A stretch of 64,000 bases of DNA from Penicillus capitatus. Taxonomy: Eukaryota; Plantae; Chlorophyta. The DNA is taken from positions 1,381,539 through 1,445,538 of the forward strand of contig OZ287701.1 in NCBI GenBank assembly GCA_965649825.1. Reading direction: 5' to 3'. Positions 59,491-64,000 of the stretch are shown piece by piece. The notes beneath the pieces are model-generated. The model had not been told where the DNA came from. It searched no databases and saw nothing but the letters and a program-made list of their open reading frames with translations. The stretch's first letter is position 1. The number at the start of each line of letters is the position of its first letter. The translations under genes were made by a program, and so were the position numbers.

Positions 59491-61038
59491 ACCATCATCC
59501 AACTCCAGGCTCTCCGTCTGTTCAATTTCGCACCTTTTGTGGCGCATCGGACAGTGCCGTGGATATCGAAGGGAGGAGTCGTCTGCCGTAAGAAAGAACG
59601 CAAGGAAGGCGCCTTGATCGTATTAAGCCTTGCGTCTACATCGAAAAGCGAAGTGGTGACTGTCTCTCTGGTGGAGACTTGACTCGACGTGTTGATCAAA
59701 GGAGAGAACGACACAGAACAATCCTGATCTCTTCTTCGCCAAGATGAAATGCCCTCTTCCGTCACAGAAAGCGTGTGGCCTTCTTTATGACTTCGCACGC
59801 CTTTTAGAAAGTCGCATCTGTTTGCGGACGCGGAACAATTGAAAGAGGTCGGCCCTCGGTTTTGTGTAACTGGCCTATCAGGCGGTATCTCTTTTCTGCC
59901 TCGCCGACTAGGTGAGAAGCGATGACTCCACCGACGTCGTCCTCGCAGTTACTAAGAATCGGCGAGCGAAAGGAAACGTCCCTTTCTCCAGTTGGATAGA
60001 GTCGACGGAATAACGTTCATTCCGCTCAGACAGGGCTCAGGATGTGACGGAGAAGGAAACAGCGAAGATCGACCGTACGACGTTGCAGAATGGTATCATC
60101 TAAGCGCCGCCTCTGAGCTGAAAGTCTGGCAGGTTGTTCTGTGAACGTACGCATGCGTTTTGATTCCTGACGCATCGCGTCATGCTTCTCTGCCAAAGAA
60201 AAGATGCTCGAGGGCGTGTTACAAGCTCGAACTCTCTGCTCGTGTCTTGTGTCAAAACCCTCGTACACTTTGAGAAAGCGGCCTAGATCTCGTTCGTTTA
60301 CTGCTAAGTGCCACGGTGCTCGTCTGATTCTGTGATGAGTACAGCCACAAACGACAGCAGAAAGTGAAGTCCGGTAGGAAGCCGAGTGCCTCTCGTGGCG
60401 ACTGCGGTGCCAAGAAAAGACGACATCACAACCACACCGATCATCCAAGTAACTAACTGCCCGATGATGTTCCTTATTGGGAATTGCCGGCTGAAACAAA
60501 TGATGCTAATCCTTGACTGAGGGCCGCCAAGAAAACAGCACTGTGATGAGCATCTCTCTGTCTAATGTGAAAGACGACATACATGTCTTGTTGATTTTGC
60601 ACCTTTGAATCTCTAAGAAGAGCTGAGTGCCGTTCTGCAGTTGCCAGGGGTTTTCAGTCTGAGATGTTATTGTCTGATGACTGTGCATTGTCTGGCATAA
60701 ATGGAGTCTGAATTCGTTGAGATGTCCATGCCCAAAGGCAGTGGACAAATTAGAATTTAGGACATTCATTAGTGGAGATGACGGCAGGAGAATGTGCTTT
60801 CATCGACTGCACCGTTTCCTGTCGTCATGAAAAAGGTTCTGCCAAATGCAGACGGACATGCACGGTTTGCGCGATGTCTTCCGACTTCGCTCTTCCTCAA
60901 ATCCTGCTCAGCACTCATCTTAGCCCTGCTACAGATGCATTTGTTGATGGACTTAAATGACTGTAATGCTTCGAATAGCCTAACTCGCAATAACTGACCC
61001 AGTGTCCGCTTCGCGCCACGAGAGCCTGCTGCGAAACG

Positions 61039-64000
61039 ATGCGCGCCATACTCGCTTTTTCGTGTCTAGCCTTATCTTTGTCCGCAGTATGTCAACCCGA
61101 CCCAATAGACACCGCTGAAGGTGTCCAAGAACACTGCCGAACTACATCCACCCTTTCACTTGCAACGCCTGCCAATGCAGTTCAGCGCGTTCGTCCTGCA
61201 ACTGTACACGACTCCGAAGCCAACGCCAGACAACCTCCCGACAGGTCTGATATTGTCGACCCCTTCAACCGACGGGGCCATCCGTTAAGTCTCGAGGTCC
61301 GTTCTCTTGCCCTTCGTGTTGATTCCACAGAACGAATTCCATTCGAACAGGAAATGACAACGTCGAGAACTCTGCTACAAGAACAGGACGCTTTGGAGCA
61401 ACAAGGTGACAGTTCCATTCACATACATATCCTCTCTCAGAATAAAGGTGTTACGCAGGATCGGGGTGCTTCTTGCCTCGGTCTCAAATCGAAAGCTTCC
61501 TCGATGTGGAGACCCGCGAGTGGAGAGTGGATGAAGCAGTTTTCGACGAAATCGGAAATGACTTACAAACGATCATCGATTGCAGCGATAGAGATGACGC
61601 GATTCTTCTGGACGTGCCAGAGATTCGTCTTAAGAACCGCCTTGTGATCGCGCTCCCAATCACAATCAATGGTTCCACCGAGAATGCAAAGTCCGACGCT
61701 AAAAGAGCTCGATCCATATCTGCCAAGACGGTCTTCAGATGCCCTGAAAATCAGGGGTCTTTTCTGCTGAGGTGAGTGATATCTTACACGATAGCATTCT
61801 CACGCAACCTCTCTGCGACATAGGACGTCGACTGTCCTTCTGGCAAACCTAGAGTTCGTGGATTGCACGCTGGACTCGACCTCTCCGTCACAGGCGATCA
61901 TAGAAGCAGAAGAGTGCCTCTCAGCCGAGCATTCCGGATCGCTCAGTCTACGTCACATCAGTTTCCGTAGGAACATACTCGAAGCATCTGTCGCTGTCAT
62001 GGTGCCTGTTCCTACCTGCTCTTCGTTAGAGATGGTGGACGTGACCTTTGCAAGAAATAGGTGTTTCGGAGATTTCTGTGCAGCATCCCTCGCTACCAAC
62101 AATACCTTACGAGAAGTCATTCTCAGGGGCAATACTCAGACGGTTGATGGAGGAAACACTCCTGCTCTACTTTACGCACCTCGAGGCTCCACAACTGTCA
62201 TGGAGTACGTTGCAGCATCTGAAAACTCTGGATGCTGTTTTCTCGTCCAAGAAGGGTCGCTGGTTCTGACAAATGGATCTTTCTTTCGGAACGATGCGAG
62301 CTCGACGAACAACAGTGCCTGTCTTCACACCATCAGCTCTAATGTGTCCGTCGACAATTGTCAGTTCGAGGAAAACCGAGCGCGATACGGCGCTGCTCTG
62401 TTCGGAACAAACTCAAGTGTACGTTTGGCCAGTTCGGTACTGGAGAAGAACAACGGATCAGACGGTGGTGCTCTGCACCTGAGCACTGGGTCAGCTGTGG
62501 ATATGAAGGAGTGCATCTTCTCGCTCAATCATGCAATGCAGAATGGAGGTGGCATTTGGGCAAGCGCTTCCACCGTTGTCGGAGACACTATCGTCTTCGA
62601 TAACAACACCGCTGATGCTAACGGAGCTGGCTTCTACTGCAAAGAACAAAGCGTTCTGGTGATGAGCAACTGTGAGTTTTCTCTCAACAGAGCTCCATTC
62701 GGCGGTGCTATGGAATTCGAAACGAAGTCAGCGGGTCTCCTCAGAGGCTGTTCGTTTTCGGAGAACAGTGCCGCCAGAAGCGGAGGTGTTAGCTATGTCG
62801 AAGCCTCGACAGTCGTTGCAGTTCATTGCACCTTTGCGGATAACAATGCAACCTTTGGTGCCTCATTCTATTGCACATCCTCTTCACTCGCTGTCAACAG
62901 CTCATCCTTTCAAGGCGGAAGAGCCGCCGAGACTGGAGGAGGTATTCACGCCGAAGTCGACAGCTCTGTGTTGGTCCTCAACACAACGTTTGTGGACAAC
63001 AGTGCTGTATACTACGGCGGAGCTGTTTACCTCGAATCAACGAGTGCGCAAGTTTCTGGATCCATCATCGAATCAAACGAAGCAGGTACAACAGGAGGAG
63101 GACTCTATGCCCGAAGGAGTGATGTCAGACTTTCGGAATCTGGACTTTCAGACAACAGAGCTCGTTGGGGAGCAGCTACGGGATTCGAGAACTCCACGTG
63201 CAATTTAGAAGACTGTATGTTTTCGAGTAACAGTGCAGAGAGAAGTGGAGGGGCGAGCTATATCGAAGAATTGTCGAAAGTGAGCATTGATGGCTCCACA
63301 TTCTCCAAAAACAGCGCATCCTTTGGAGGAGCACTTTACTGTCAAGTCTCAACACTCACCGTCGACGATTCAGTTTTTGAAGACGGAAAAGCGGCCGAAA
63401 CAGGAGGATGTATTCACGCAAGAAGGAAAAGTCGCATAACATTCTTGAACACGAAGATGCTGGAGAACAAGGCCGATGACAGTGGAGGCGCTGTTTTCGC
63501 AACACAGTCCTCTTCCTTCCTTTGCTCTGGCTGTCATTTTGAGAAGAACCGTGCACGTAACTTTGGTGGTGCCGCCAGCCTCGTTTCCCAAGAAAGTCAG
63601 TCACAAGTATTCCAATTTGATCGCTGCACGATCGCCAACAACAATGCTGATTTTGGAGGTAAGGCTAACTGTTAAGAATAGATACCTGCCTCAATGCGTC
63701 TTCGCAGGCGGAATCTATTTCCGGAGTGAAGATGAAACTATTGACTGCGGTCGTCCAAATGCAAACTGTATATCCTTGGCAGTGGTCGAGACGGATATCG
63801 TCAACAACCGAGCTGTGTCCACTGGTGGTGGCATATATACCGGAGATCCCAAGGCAGTGCGTTTCAGCTGCCAGCGTCTGCGAAAACGGAACTCGACAAG
63901 CTACTTTACTCGACAACAGTTTGGTTCGATGGAAACGCTTCGCTCTCTTGATGCTCTATGTCCTGAATGGAAGGGGAATTCAGCTGATGTGTCCGGTAAT
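61039..64000 (+). CDS. Second PMP-like GGA/FxxN beta-helix protein (paralogue of 34935..40498), runs off window end
   Basis: Signal MRAILAFSCLALSLSAVC; N-domain LQTIIDCSDRDDAILL...FRCPENQGSFLLR matches LQDAINCTGDGDIILI...TCPSNDRLLLIE; many FxxNxAxxGGA repeats; introns join in frame. Confidence 0.85.

Noticed and set aside
60290-60560. Hydrophobic minus-strand segment resembling ALMT/FUSC transporters
   Set aside because: Too short, ends in a stop, and no further family motifs found.

Overview
Eukaryotic nuclear DNA with compact genes and many ~45-60 nt spliceosomal introns, read in the standard code. Plastid-targeted genes (DUF1995, RWPP-type TPR) and a flagellar DRC10/IQCD gene indicate a green alga; a siphonous ulvophyte (Bryopsidales-like) is my inference. 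Five zones: (1) 0.4-12.7 kb, mostly intact conserved genes (CPBP protease, CLASRP, OLA1, HSP20 with a clear HSE/TATA, HIBCH/CHY1 ending in -AKL, TPR) plus a multi-pass protein resembling animal STRA6/RBP receptors; (2) 13-27 kb, an island of small secreted Cys-rich proteins (four Kazal genes and a fifth gene, all sharing an unnamed Cys module; a PAN-like protein; an RKL-motif acidic protein); (3) 29-33 kb, two convergent intronless enzymes (FAD-linked oxidase and PsiD-like pyruvoyl decarboxylase), a candidate laterally acquired amine/alkaloid module; (4) 35-49 kb and 61-64 kb, two large PMP-repeat beta-helix proteins, a RAP protein, DUF1995 and DRC10; (5) 44-60 kb, intron-retaining pseudogenes of housekeeping genes (RPL37A, RPS9, importin-alpha, ornithine aminotransferase) around an intronless 819-aa ORF with a two-unit tandem repeat. 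Several lesions are 4-bp tandem duplications. Family assignments come from motif recognition by eye; no database search was run, and exon boundaries were inferred manually.
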